A stretch of 64,000 bases of DNA, taken from positions 113,646,001 through 113,710,000 of the forward strand of contig NC_042998.1 of NCBI RefSeq assembly GCF_006345805.1, read 5' to 3'. The position numbers and the translations under genes were made by a program. The stretch's first letter is position 1; every line of letters starts with the position of its first letter. The notes under the pieces are model-generated. The model saw only the letters and a list, made by a program, of their open reading frames with translations. It ran no database searches and was not told the origin of the DNA. This document shows positions 26,348 to 40,249 of the stretch, piece by piece. Origin of the DNA: Octopus sinensis (Eukaryota).

Positions 26348-27849
26348 CTAGTTCGAACTACAAAGTAGACAACCAATGATAGAACTGCACGGCAAATAAT
26401 GGAAACACAGAGTTCCTAGCGCCAACTGATGTGTGTGTATGTGTGTGTGTGTGTGTTTGTGTGTGTGTATGTGTGTGTTTGTGTGTTTGTGTGTGTGTGT
26501 CTTTGTGTCCGTGTGTGTCACCTACAGCCAGTTTTGGTGTGTTTATGTCCCCGTTACTTAACGATTTGGCAGAAAAAACTAATAGAACAAATACTGAGAT
26601 CGATTTAGTCGACTAAAAATTCTTCAAGGTGGTGCTCCAGTATGGCCGCAATGTAATGACTGAAACATGTAAAAAGCATATATATACATATATAAATGAA
26701 ACCAACTGCATTCACGACAATTTGACTCGCGACTAAGATAGAAAGCATTTACCTGCTCAAAGTGTCACACAGTAGGATTGAACTGATAACAACGTATTTG
26801 CAAAGCGAACTTTTTAAACCCATGACCATATCTTCTGTGTCTATTGATATTTCTGCTGTTTGTTATGCCGTTTTAACACTGTTTTTGCTATTTCCAGTCT
26901 TAGTTTCTCTAGTCATGGAGAAGATGAAGCATTTTCCATTCTAAATAAACAAGTAAACAAGTCAAACAGAACTCAAATAAAAATGCAAAAAGAAAGGAAA
27001 AACAGAAATAAAAATAAAAAGCCTTATTTATTTAAAAATAATATATATTTTTTCTCTCAATATATTAATATTTATTGCCGATAAGTTCATAGAGAAGAAA
27101 TAAATAAATATTTAAATAAATGAAAATATTCAAAATAAAATCGAAGAAACAGCTCTTAAAATTTGTTGCTGATGGTGGTAGCGGTAGTGGTGCTGGTAAT
27201 AGTGGTGGGGGTAACCGAAAGCTTTAATTTTTCAAAAATCTTTCCGTATTTTTGCTAAATTATTTTCTCTTTTTTCTTCTCTCGTATTATTAAAATTGTA
27301 GTGGAGGTAATAGTAGTAGTAGTTGTTGTTGCCGTTGTTTTCTTTGAGTGAAGAATCAGATTGAAATTTGTTCAATTTGCGAAAACAATAGGCAAATCTA
27401 ATTGCTATTAATTGAAATGATGTAATTCAGAAACATTTTCTTCTCCTTTTTGACTATTTTCGGCAATTATATGTAGTTTTCTGCTAGTTTGTATTAACAT
27501 TCTCCTCCAAGGCACACTACTTTATTCATTTTATTTACCTATTTATATTTTATTTTCAAGTATTTCCTAGCTACATTCTCGACCATCGTTGCCTAAAGAT
27601 CGAATTATTACCGAGGTGTTATTATTGTTGGGAAAAATCTTTTTTTTTTAAATAATAATAACTAATTAAGGTAGTGGAAAATGCTGATTTCAAAATGGAA
27701 AAGTAAAAAAGAAAATGGAAAGATACAAAACAAACATAAATGCAAGTTATATAGAATACTAATCTCTCAGGGTAAAAATAATGACTCCAGTTGAAATTTT
27801 CAAGTAAATAAAACAACAGAAGTTGTTACAGTGTAAGTTCAAAATTATA

Positions 27850-28330
27850 TATTGAAAACTAACATGTTTAAAATTGATCTATGTGAAACAGTTAAAACCA
27901 GTGTGTTTAAAAACAGTTGCAAAAAGAAGTAAAAAAAGAAAAGAAATGTTTCAAATAATTAAAAACTAACTCGTTTGAAACAGTTTAAAGCAAAGTTTTC
28001 AAGCAGTTAAAACTTAATCTATGTAACAATAAAAAAAAATCAGCCTGTTTAAAACAGTCAACATGTAAGCAATGTGATACACTTAACACGAATCTACTTA
28101 GAAACAGTTAAAATCTAAGCTGTTTGAAGTAAGAACTAACCTGTTTAAAATAATCAAACACTACTCCGTTTTTAACTAACAATGACAAGCTAACCTGTTT
28201 AATGCAATTAATACAACCTACATGGAGGCGCTGAAAACTATCCGGTCAAAAAACAGTTAAAAACAAAACTCATGTGAAACAGTTAAACCCGTTTATAACA
28301 GTTGAATTCAGATCTGGAAAAACAGTCGAG
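27850..28330. repeat. Decayed minisatellite, unit ~AAACAGTTAAAACTAACCTGTTT
   Basis: About ten AAACAGT(T/C)-like and several AACCTGTTT-like motifs within 480 bp. Confidence 0.65.
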
Positions 28331-28628
28331 ATTATCAAACACTGAAATTATGCGTGTTTCACGATTAATTTTTTCTGTCTTTCTTTCCAAGCTGCTACTT
28401 CACCATTATCTCCACCATTACAATTTCCTCACGATTTTTCAGTACAAAAGAATCGCAACATTTCCTTTCTGAAGAGATAACATTTGTAAACCTTTGGTTC
28501 GTCGGGACAACATTGGAAATTTTTTCTTTTATTTAAAGTATCTAGAATATATATGGATATATATATATATATATAGAACAATCTTACTTAGAAAGGGATG
28601 CGTGCGTTCCGTCATATAATATATTAAG

Positions 28629-29059
28629 AAATAAAACATATGCATATATGTATATACATATATGTACGTACCTACCTCTACATGTATATATACACGCATA
28701 TATATGAGTACAGGACACCAAAAAACGTCGAATACAATGAGAAACGAAAACATAGACACAAACCCAAGGAACTGGACATTTTTCTTAAACAACAAAAAAT
28801 AGAGTACAGGACAAATAACACAAGGAAAAAGCGACTGAAGAAGGGTTTTTTTCCTTGTGTTATTTGTCCTGTACTCTATTTTTTTGTTGTTTAAGAAAAA
28901 TGTCCAGTTCCTTGGGTTTGTGTCAATGTTTTCGTTTCTCATTCTGTCCGACGTTTTTTTGGTGTCCTGTACTCATATATATGCGTGTATATATACATGT
29001 AGAGGTAGATACGTACATATATGTATATGTATATATATATATATGCATATGTTTAATTT
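28629..29059. mobile_element. Near-perfect ~200-bp-arm hairpin made of two head-to-head Penelope-type 3' termini
   Basis: Arms 28629-28830 and 28848-29059, loop GCGACTGAAGAAGGGT. A single-orientation relative lies at 57573-57793. Confidence 0.9.
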
Positions 29060-29084
29060 ATTTATATATATATATATTTTCGCC

Positions 29085-29280
29085 ATGATTGATCGCTAGC
29101 CACTAAAACTTTTTTATTTTCTCTCTCTGTTTATTTCTGTGTTCCATTCTTTTGAAGTGCCTAGGCTCGAAACGTAAAAGACTTTCTCACTTCACGAGCG
29201 TTAAACTAATACATCTGTTTGTTGTTTACACACCCGTCTTCGTCTTTCGTCTTGTTTGTTTTTTGTAAATTCCAACTATA
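29085..29280 (+). mobile_element. pLTR fragment with degenerate hammerhead (GCTC-GAAACGTA-AAAG)
   Basis: Related to 211-395. Palindromic stem III ACGT; 5' core mutated. Confidence 0.55.
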
Positions 29281-29310
29281 TATGTGTATATATATATATG
29301 TATATATATC

Positions 29311-29440
<130 letters not shown>

Positions 29441-30050
29441 TGGTTATCATTGACTTTTTTCAGTCATCTACAAAATCTAACACGCGTGAAGTGGGACTTA
29501 TGAGGTATATTCACATCCAGAAAGACTTGACCTATGAAGTCCAGTATGATTCGACTTACACATGATTTAAAATTTTAAATAGTTTATTATACATTGCAGT
29601 TCATGAATGATATCGCAAGATACAAGTTTCAAACGAATCAATCAATGATCAAATACTTTTATGACACTGAAAGTAGTAAGGAAGGGTCTGCACAACTCGA
29701 GCAAATCTCATATGACAAGGTATTTTGTTTTGAAGACAGATTCATCGGTTTTCCCACTGATGTTTACATCCTTCGTCGACATGCATCGGTGAATAGTATA
29801 TGCGCACACACACATGCAGAAACGTATACACTCATAGAGTTATAAAGTTGATTCAATGATCAAGGTGGCCAAAATCCAGAGAAGACTAAATAATAAGTTA
29901 TGCAAATAACGATAGAAGAACTTTAACCCCCGAAAAAAATTTATCAACAATGCTTTCACACTATTTGGGTTCATCAAAAACTAATATTTTAAATATATAG
30001 AGTGAAAGCATAGACTTTTTATTAAAACTAATAAATCGGCTTACACGCAC

Positions 30051-30430
30051 GTATGTATGTATGTATGTATGTATGTATGTATGTATGTATGTATGTATGT
30101 ATGTATGTATGTATGTATGTATGTATGTATGTATGCATGTATGTATGTATGTATGTATGTATGTATGTATGTATGTATGTATGTATATATGTATGTATGT
30201 ATGTATGTATGCATGCATGTATGTATGCATGCACGTATGTATGTACGTATGTATGTATGTATGTATGTATGTATGTATATATGTATGTATGTATGTATGT
30301 ATGCATGCATGTATGTATGCATGCACGTATTTTTGTACGTATGTATGTATGTATGTATGTATGTATGTATGTATATATACGTGTGTGTGTATGCATGCAT
30401 GCATGTATATATATATATATATATATATAC
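30051..30430. repeat. (TATG)n/(CATA)n tetranucleotide arrays (also 10365-10510, 24755-24960, 32125-32275, 33100-33225, 43468-43690, 44083-44245, 58558-58840)
   Basis: Direct inspection. Confidence 0.97.
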
Positions 30431-31281
30431 AGATGCATACACACATACATACGACAGGTATCCAAACAATTTCTTTCTACCACATTTCACCTACAATGCA
30501 TTTCACAAACCGGAGACTATGGTATAAACACTTGCCGAAAGTGCTGCGCACTGAAATCGAACCCTGGAAAATCACTTATTGGAAAATCTAACTTTTAACC
30601 ACAGAGCCGTGCCTGCGCATCTTTTTATGGCAAACAAATAAAAAGGAGAAAAAAACAACAACAAACAAGAACTTTTGAAAATAAATAAACTGTTTCTTTT
30701 AGTTGAACCATAAATATTTTCTCATCACAGACATTAGAAACAATGAATATTTGCCCCACCTAAATAAAAAATATTCGATAAAGCTCCAGGCTTTATCAAA
30801 TTTTTAAGGCAAATTATTTTGAAAATATAATTAACAGGCTATTGGAATAATTAAGCAATTAATAAAACAATTTAAATAATTTATCCCATTAAACGGCAGA
30901 TAGTTTATAGGAAAATACTTTATGCAGGGTAGTAATTTTATGTGACAATATAAAAGGCAATAACAACAATACTTGAAAATGTAGCAATTAAATGCAAGAT
31001 TTCTAAAAATATAGATTGCAACAAAGGCTGTAAGTTGGGATAGTAACCCATCCCTGTAAAATACACAAGTGTAAGAGAAGCTGATGACTCAAGATGATAT
31101 GTAGGGTTGAGTAAACCTCATCTAATTCGGTGGATAAATGGAAGAAAGCAGCCGATCTTTCAAACTCTCTCTATTTTTCTGAATGTATGCATGTCATTTT
31201 ATCATTTTATCATTTTATCTAGTTTCAGCTCACGAGCTGTGGCCATGCTGGGGCACCGCCATTGTACGCATTATATGCATT

Positions 31282-31330
<49 letters not shown>

Positions 31331-31349
31331 TATATATATATGTATATGT

Positions 31350-31581
31350 CTTTCTTTACTTGTTTCAGTCATCTGACTGCTGCCATGCAGTCAAATGAAG
31401 GGATTTTTAGTCGAACAAATCTTCCCCAGGACTTATTCTTGTTTTAAGCCAACTACTTACTTTATCGGCTCTTTTGACGAACCGCTAAGTCACGGGGATG
31501 TAAACACACCAACACCGGTTGTCAAGCAGTGGTCGGGGACAAACACAGACACAAAGACACATGCACACACACACACATACG

Positions 31582-31613
<32 letters not shown>

Positions 31614-31815
31614 TGTATGTATGTATGTATGTGTATGTATGTATGTATATATATATATATGTGTGCAACGAGCGTCTTTCAGTTTCCCCTCTACCAAATC
31701 CGGTCACTAGGTTTTTGTCGGCCCGCGGCTATAGCAGAGGACAATTCAGTGAGACTGAACTCGGAAACATGTGGCTGGAAAGCAAGCTTCTTACCACACA
31801 ATCACACATGAGCCT
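31350..31815 (-). mobile_element. SINE family A
   Basis: Colinear with 8586-8991, with expanded internal (TATG)n. Confidence 0.88.
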
Positions 31816-31870
31816 GTATGTATATATATATATATATATATATATGTTTATATATGTGTGTGTAAATATA

Positions 31871-32083
31871 GAAGTGGTGCTGAAAAGTTCCTGGCTTTAA
31901 GGGTGTCACGGAAGGCCTGGTTGGAGACCTAAACCTCCGAGTTCTCCTACAGGGCTTAAAAAACTGTAGGACCTCTGCAATAAGTGTGTGAATCTGAGAG
32001 GGGAATATGTCAGATAAAATCATAATTAACTGATCCGCCTGTATTTTCTTTTGCCCAAAGCCAGGAACTTTTCAGTACCTCAC
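31871..32083. mobile_element. Mariner-derived MITE
   Basis: TIR GTGCTGAAAAGTTCCTGGCTTT / AAAGCCAGGAACTTTTCAGTAC. Residual C-terminus NKCVNLRGEYV resembles mariner transposase ends. Confidence 0.8.
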
Positions 32084-32974
32084 CTTCTTGTGTATAAATC
32101 TATATCTATATCTTTTTCTATGTGTGTATGTATGTATGTATGTATGTATGTATGTATGTATGTATGTATGTATGTATGTATGTATGTATGTATAGATGGA
32201 TGGATGGATGTATGTTTGTATGTATGTATGTATGTATGTATGTATGTATGTGTGTATGTACGTATGTATGTATACAAATTTGCATGTATGTCTGCTTGTG
32301 GAGAAGTGTGGCCGAGTGGGTACGCTGTGAGGCTCACGATCATAAGGTATGGGTTTGATTTCTGAATCAGGCGGCACATTGTATCCTTGAGCAAGGCTCT
32401 TCATTTCACGTCTCTCAGTCTATTCAGTTGGAAATGATTACTAGCGGAAAATTGCTGTACTGATGACATTCAGAAACAAGTGTCCAACCCTTCGAACAAT
32501 ACGCCTGTCCTTTCTCTCAATAGCAAGCCAAATTGAGATTGTCTCCCCTTCTAAGTGGAAATGCTTTTAATTGCCATTCGGTAATTATGATACTTCGTTT
32601 AAGGGCGGAGGTAATTTTAATAAATCAAGAATTTATGTTGTATGAAATTAAATATACCTGTATTTGCTCATGTTATCCAAATACACTGCCCTGGTCACTC
32701 TGATTTATTCCTCTGAGCTCATTGTTGCTTAAATTATGCAAATTACGTGGGCCATAGATATTCTCTACTCTTATAAGTCTCAGTCTCATTGCTACACGAT
32801 TTAAGTCGGGCAATGTTGTGCTTATAACGGCTATTGAACCAGAAACGTGTGTCCACCACTGTCACCTCATCTCCAGACAATAAGCCACTCCTTTTCCTCA
32901 ATGATAAGTCGCTGTGGAGACTACTTCACTATTGAGGGTGCTTCCCTTTCTCAAGTGCAGCTGGTCCTAATAGC

Positions 32975-33018
<44 letters not shown>

Positions 33019-33398
33019 CTCACACGCACACACACATACAGACAGACTCACGCACACACAGACGCACACACGCGCGCAGACACAGATGCACACGCATGCG
33101 TATGTATGTATGTATGTATGTATGTATGTATGTATGTATGCATGCATGTATGTATGCATGCATGTATGTATGTATGTATGTATGTATGTATGTATGTATG
33201 TATGTATGTATGTATGTATGTATCTATCTATCGTTTTTCTTTGTACGAAGAGAGTAAAAATATATATTCGCCTTTGGTTAATGTTCTACAACAAAAAGTT
33301 AAAAGCAGCTGTAGTTTAATAACTTAAAATTTATCCTAGATTTTTTTTCTTAAATACAAACTCTGCTGTGTACAAATATTTTTTAATATACATATATA

Positions 33399-33502
<104 letters not shown>

Positions 33503-34391
33503 CTATGTATGTATGTATCTATGTCTACACACACGTATATACACATAATCCTTATGCTTCCTCCCTTCTTTTCCAATTCTAACCCACCCCAATCCTTCTT
33601 TCTTATTCCTAGACTCCCCCTATTAAAGTTATATCATACTCACTTAAATGCGCACAACGCATGAATTAGACTCGCCCACTATGCTCCCTATATCTGACAG
33701 TACTCGCATACCCTGCACAAATTCTCTTTCTCTTTCTTTAACTCTCATTCACTCTCTCTGTCTCTGTCTCTCTCACAGTTCTAATCAATATGATATGACG
33801 TATACCCGTACTCACAACTATACAGACGCCCTCACTCCGATACCATCCCAACTTGAAAACTACGAAACACACCAATCACGTAATGATACTGTTGTCATTA
33901 GAGACAGCCAATATTTCATTGACACGTCATCATATTGGAAATCAGTTTAGTATTAGGAATTAATAATCACTTTAATAGTAGTATTAAAAAGCGAAACGCA
34001 TTAACTCAGTTAAGGGTGGGGTTAAGTCGTAGTTATGATAGGGTGAGTAGGGGAGGAGCAAATGTGGTAGTGGTTGTGGTAGTTGTGGTGATAGTGTACG
34101 GTGGGGTGTAGTTCTGGTTGTGGTTGCGGTAGTGTAAGAGGTGCTACGGTGGCTTCTGTGTTGGTGGCTGCGTAGAAGGGATTAATACGGGTTGTGGTGT
34201 TGGTGTTTGTAGAGTAGGAGGAACGATAGTAGTTACGGTGGCGGTAGTGCCGAGGGAAATGGTTGTGGTGGTGGTGTTAGGAGGTAGCACGTGTGGGTTA
34301 TGGTGGTAGTCGTGTATTAGGAGGAGCAAAAGTAGTTGTAGTGATGGCTCTACTGGTAGTGATGCTAGAGGAATAAGGAAGAAGCAATAAT

Positions 34392-34789
34392 CTTTTCTAC
34401 TCTAGGCACAAGGCCCGAAATTTTGGAGGAGGGGCCAGTCGATTAGATCGATCTCAGGACGCAACCGGTACTTAATTTATCGATTCTGAAAGGATGAAAG
34501 GCAAAGTCGACCTCGGCGGAATTTGAACTCAGAACGTAAAGGCAGACAAAATACCCATTTATTTACTACCCACAAGGGGCTAAACACAGAGAGGATAAAC
34601 TAGGACAGACAAATGGATTAAGCCGATTATATCGACCCCAGTGCATAACTGGTACTTATTTAATCGATCCCGAAAGGATGAAAAGCAAAGTCGACCTCGG
34701 CGGAATTTGAACTCAGAACGTAGCGGCGGACGAAATACCGCTAAGAATTTCGCCCGGCGTGCTAATGCTTCTGCCAGCTCGCCGCCTTG
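34392..34789 (-). mobile_element. Dimeric SINE family B with 15-bp TSD
   Basis: Central domain present twice (~34455-34550, ~34640-34735). TSD GGAAGAAGCAATAAT at 34377-34391 and 34790-34804. Confidence 0.9.
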
Positions 34790-36650
34790 GGAAGAAGCAA
34801 TAATGGCCCAGATGGTGCCGGTTGAGGTGAACGGGTATGCAATGGTAGTTTCGGCTGTGAAAGTGATAGTTGATTGAGTGAAGGGAAATTTATTTAACAG
34901 AAAATTTAATTATATAATAATTTATGTCAACATGTAAGGTGATAAGTATGTAAATATTTCGCCCTATCTGAACTCATCAGTATAGCATGGTCTCCCCAGG
35001 CATGCTTTAATCACTTGCAGTCATAATTTTCCAAAGACAAAAAGATTTACGGAGCTGTTTGGTCAGTATAAATTACTTCATTACAGGAACTAATTCTGGG
35101 ATGTATCGTTTAAATCTAATGGATCGAAAGGAAGAATACTACGATCGAACCAAGCACTAGGATTGCGATAAGTGTGGTAGTTAATTGTACTGTGAATCTT
35201 GGCTGGTTGGGACTGGTTGGGACTGGTTGTTGACCCACTTAGAAGGACGATGAGGATAATGGATGGCGTTAAATAATGCGTTTTTAATGGTTGAATTCGA
35301 AGCAGATAAAGCTATAAATAATAGCATGTAAATATTGGGTTAAAAAATCTTTTGTATAGCAAAAACCGAAGGCTGCCTTCGACTTTATAGTTTTACCTAC
35401 TTCGAGTTCAACCGTTGAAAGCTAATTAATTAGTGTTCTCTCGAAGTTTCTACTTTCTTATAATTCAAAGATAATCGGCCTTGTTTGATGCGATCGGATG
35501 TACTTTCACACGTATATGTTTTCATTTTAGAGGATATTAATCTATGCACTGTGGAATTTGATGAAATGCAGACAGCAAATGTGGATCATCTTACGGCTTC
35601 GCTACTTTTCGAACCATAATGGTTATAAGAAGTAGATACTTTTCTGGCAAGTGACCAAAAGGCTCAGATTCTCTTCTAGAGGCAAAAATGTTAGCGAGAT
35701 GTGTGTTGTACGGAGACATTCTTCACAGTTTGGACAATAGTTATAGAGGTTTTGTGACACTGAGGCGTGTTTTTTTTGTTGGAATTGTGTTGTAGACCGT
35801 ACTCTTGGTCCTATCTACAACAGTGCATCAACGAGTAAAACATTTGAGGGACTTGAAATGTGAGTTTTATTTGTGTGTGAGATGTAGAAGAACATGACTG
35901 AGAGGATGCACCAGTCACCCGTCTAGCGGTTTCCGAAGGATTAATGATAAAGCACATAGTACAAAAAAGTTAGCATTGAAATGCTCACTTTATGACTCAT
36001 AGAGACGGGGAAGTGTGAAGTCTTGTAAAGTATGTCGGTGTGCGAGAGGCAGTTTCGATAAAGTATAGTGGTTGTTTGGTAGAAGTTGGGTTTGGGGCCG
36101 AGAAAGAGTATTCGTGTATCGGTCAAGATGTATGTCGGGCAGTGGTTCGCGACCATGGCCCATACGACCACTGGGAGTCCATATAAGGCTTTTGGGCCCA
36201 TATAAGACAAAATAATAAATTGGGGATCAAAGGTAGTATTTTAGTAGTCCATAAAGAAATTTGCTTTAGATGTATTTATTGCAAGAAACAATTGCGCTCC
36301 TTTCTCTCACATTCGACATAGTTCACTATGTTTCTGGCTTCTTGAACGCGTTCTCTTAAAGATTGCTTCTGAAAACTTACACAAGTGAATGAGCGGGAAA
36401 CAAAATAGGAATTTTGAAAGAAGTATCTATAAAACTAGTTTTTAAACATCGGATGGCTACGGGGAGCCACCTGAGTAAAACGGTAATCAAAGGGGTCAAT
36501 AAAATACATGCCAATTATTTTAAAGAAATCAATTTCCCCAAAATATTAGGTATTGAACCAGTATTTCCTTGGATGTCACCATCCCTTCATGAGGCTATAT
36601 AACTCCCAATAATTGTGCTGAATGCTCTACGTTCGTTTGTCTACTCCCTC

Positions 36651-36702
<52 letters not shown>

Positions 36703-36713
36703 TATATATCATA

Positions 36714-36885
36714 GGCGTAGGAGTGGCTGTGTGGTAAGTAGCTTGCTTACCACATGGTTCTGGGTTCAGTCCCACTGCGTGGCACTTTGGACAAGTGTCT
36801 TCTACTATAGCCTCGGGCCGACCAAAGCCTTGTGAGTGGATTTGGTAGACAGAAACTGAAAGAAGCCCGTCGTATACATGTTTAC

Positions 36886-36955
<70 letters not shown>

Positions 36956-37190
36956 GACACCACCATCGGTTGTCAAGCGATGTTGGGGGGACATCTATGT
37001 TTGTCTCCCCCAACATCGCTTGTCAACCGATGGTGGTATGTTTGCGTCCCCGTAACTTAGCGCGTTCGGCAAAAGAGACCGATATAATAAGTTCTATGCT
37101 CACAAAGAATAAGTCCTGGGGTCGATTTGCTCGATTAAATGCGGTGCTCCAGCATGGCCACAGTCAAATGACTGAAACAAGTAAAGAGTA
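36714..37190 (+). mobile_element. SINE family A with internal inverted duplication (36959-37037)
   Basis: Full head GGCGTAGGAGTGGCTGTGTGGTAAG through tail GAAACAAGTAAAGAG. Confidence 0.9.
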
Positions 37191-37194
37191 TGTA

Positions 37195-37228
<34 letters not shown>

Positions 37229-37345
37229 TACACATATATGGGAAGAAAACTTCGAATAACCCGTCTATCTGGATGTTTTGCGTTCTTGTCCCATTTTGTA
37301 TTTTATATATATAAATAGAGTCCGTATGTACACTATTGGTATCTA

Positions 37346-37419
<74 letters not shown>

Positions 37420-37438
37420 TAGATATGCAGCATGGATT

Positions 37439-37488
37439 TTTGTCAGTGAACAGGTCGCGAATTTTAGCGACGAAAATATTTTGACAAA
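37439..37488 (+). ncRNA. Hammerhead-like motif with G3-C8 swapped core, inside a repeat (37420-37627)
   Basis: TTTGTCA-GTGAACA-G-GTCGC-gaatttta-GCGAC-GAAA-ATAT-TT-TGACAAA: 7-bp stem I, 5-bp stem II, palindromic stem III AATATT. Confidence 0.65.
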
Positions 37489-37809
37489 TTAAACTTAAAT
37501 GTTGAAGTGAATCGAACGGCTTTTGTGTGTTTCTTAAATGGCTAACAAACACCTTCCACGCTGCAATTGTTTTCGTTCCAGCACACGATCTCAGATCAAA
37601 TCACTTGCTATGCGAGTACATCTCCCTATATATATATTTAAAAAATTAATCACACCCAAGTTAATAAAGATCTTATTAGATCTCTGAACTAAAATTTATA
37701 TTATTAAAAAATAATAAATTAAACAGATTAGAACTTCTAGTGAATCATTCATTTTTTGTTTTCCACTATCCCCAACTGTACCAAGGATCTCACATATTTT
37801 CCAATACAT

Positions 37810-38217
37810 TCTTTTATTCTTTTATCTTTTTACTTGTTTCAGTCATTTGACTGTGGCCATGCTGTAGGACCGCCTGCAGTCGAAAAAATCGATCCCAGGA
37901 TTTATTCTTTGTAAGTCTAGTACTTATTCTATCGGACTCTTTTGCCGAAACGCTAGATATTAAAGACATAAACACACCAACATAAGTTGTCAGGCGATGA
38001 TGGGGGGGGGGGGACAAACAGACACACACAAATACATACACACACACATATATAGAACGGGCTTCTTTCAGTTCCCGTCTAACAGATCCACGCACAAGGC
38101 TATGGTCGGCCCGAGGCTGTAGTCGAAGACGCTTGCCCAAGGTGCCACGCAGTGGGACTGAAACCGGAACCATGTAATTGGGAAGTAAACTTCTTACCGT
38201 GCAGGCACTCCTGCACC
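37810..38217 (-). mobile_element. SINE family A, full length
   Basis: Colinear with the other copies. Confidence 0.9.
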
Positions 38218-38219
38218 TG

Positions 38220-38251
<32 letters not shown>

Positions 38252-39014
38252 TATATATTATATATATATTATATATATATATATTATATATATATATAGT
38301 ATGTATGTATATATATATATATGTATTTGTATATATATATATATGCATACGCACATGTTCTATGTTGCACACACACACACACACACATAAGCACATACAC
38401 ACATAGGCATATATACAGATATGATATATTCATACATACATGCATATATACATACACACACACACGCATACACGCACACACATACACACACACACACACA
38501 CACAAGGTTACTGAGACCATCATCTTACAAACCACAGCTCCGACTCAATATTTAGCTCTACCGTACGCAATAACGGTTTAATGGATTATAATAAACATAT
38601 AGCAGTGTATTGAGTACATTTTTGTTTTTATAGTACCAATAAACAAAATCCGTGTGTGTGTGCGTGCGCGTATGCCCGTGTTTGTATGTAACAAATACAT
38701 AACATGTATAAGTCTGTCACACATATAGTCGTGCATATGTATTTGTATGAGTGCATGATGCGAGAGGAGGTGAAACGTAGAGACATTGAGTGGGAGATTG
38801 GTAGAGAGTGGGCTACTCTGAGTGCAGGAGAGTTGAAGCAGGAGATGGGTATCTAGAAAGTGAGTGAGGGTTTCGAATATTAGAGAGTGAGTGGTTGGAG
38901 AAAAGAGAGTGCGGTCGGAGACTGAGTAATAACAGCGAACAAGAGAGATGAACGATGAAGATAGATGTATATATGTGTATATATATGTGTGTGTGTGTGT
39001 GTGAATGCGTGTGT

Positions 39015-39016
39015 AT

Positions 39017-39050
<34 letters not shown>

Positions 39051-39390
39051 GTAAGACAGATAGTAAAGGGGATAGTAAGAAAGAGAGAGAGAGAGAACGA
39101 GAGAGAGAGAAGAGAGAGCGAGAGGGAGAGAGAGAGTAAGACAGATAGTAAAGGGGATAGTAAGAGAGAGAGACAGAGAACGAGAGAGAGAGAAGAGAGA
39201 GAGAGAGAGGGAGAGAGAGAGTAAGACAGATAGTAAAGGGGATAGTAAGAGAGGGAGAGAGAGAACGAGAGAGAGAGGGAGAGAGAGAGTAAGACAGATA
39301 GTAAAGGGGATAGTAGAGAGAGAGAGAGAGAGAGAACGAGAGAGAGAGAAGAGAGAGAGAGAGAGGAAGAGAGAAAAGAAGAAGGGAGAG
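39015..39390. repeat. GA-rich minisatellite, 4 copies of core GTAAGACAGATAGTAAAGGGGATAGTA
   Basis: Cores near 39051, 39136, 39221 and 39289, separated by (GA)n of variable length. Confidence 0.9.
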
Positions 39391-39976
39391 ACTACACACC
39401 CAGAGAAAGATCCTGGGTATATGTGAGTGTTTTGAAAAGACAGGGTGAGACAATAAATAAATAAAAGGTTGAAGATCAAAAAAGAGGGCGGGAGTAGGGG
39501 TGAGAGGTAGTTAGCCAGGTAATCGTAGAGTGAGAGCAAAGATAGAAGATATAATGAAGCTATCCGGTATAGGTGAGAAAGTGTAGCAATGAGTGGGAGG
39601 AAGAGCGAGGGAGGGAGAGGACGAAAGAGAGTCAAAGGGAGAAAGGGAGGGAAGGAAGAGTTAGAAAAGAAAAACGAGGAGGGAGGCCGTAGGGAGAAAC
39701 ACACACTAACACACACACATCCATTTTCATACATACATACATAATACATACACACATACATATATACAAAAAGATACATAGATAGAAAGAGAGTTAGAGT
39801 GAGAGATAGCGGGGAAAGAAGATACATCTAGGAACTGAAAGCGAGAAAAGTCACTAGAGAAATACATAGAAAGACGTTGTTATCTTGATGGCTAGTTAGA
39901 CAGAGAATTAAAGTGAGAGAGAGAAGAGTGAGTTGAAAAGGGAAAGCAAGAACGAATGATTGAGAAGTAGCCACAG

Positions 39977-40035
<59 letters not shown>

Positions 40036-40125
40036 GAGAGAGAGAGATGTATACAAACTATCTGTGTGTATGCATATGCGTCTGTAGATTCGTATGCATG
40101 TATGTATATCTATCTATCTCTCTAT

Positions 40126-40249
<124 letters not shown>

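Noticed and set aside
36140-36260. hAT-like terminus CAGTGGTTCGCGACC
   Set aside because: No matching opposite TIR or TSD found, so boundaries cannot be supported.
39015-39390. Constant 27-bp core with variable spacers, superficially CRISPR-like
   Set aside because: Spacers are (GA)n variants of each other, the context is eukaryotic and there are no cas genes; it is a minisatellite.
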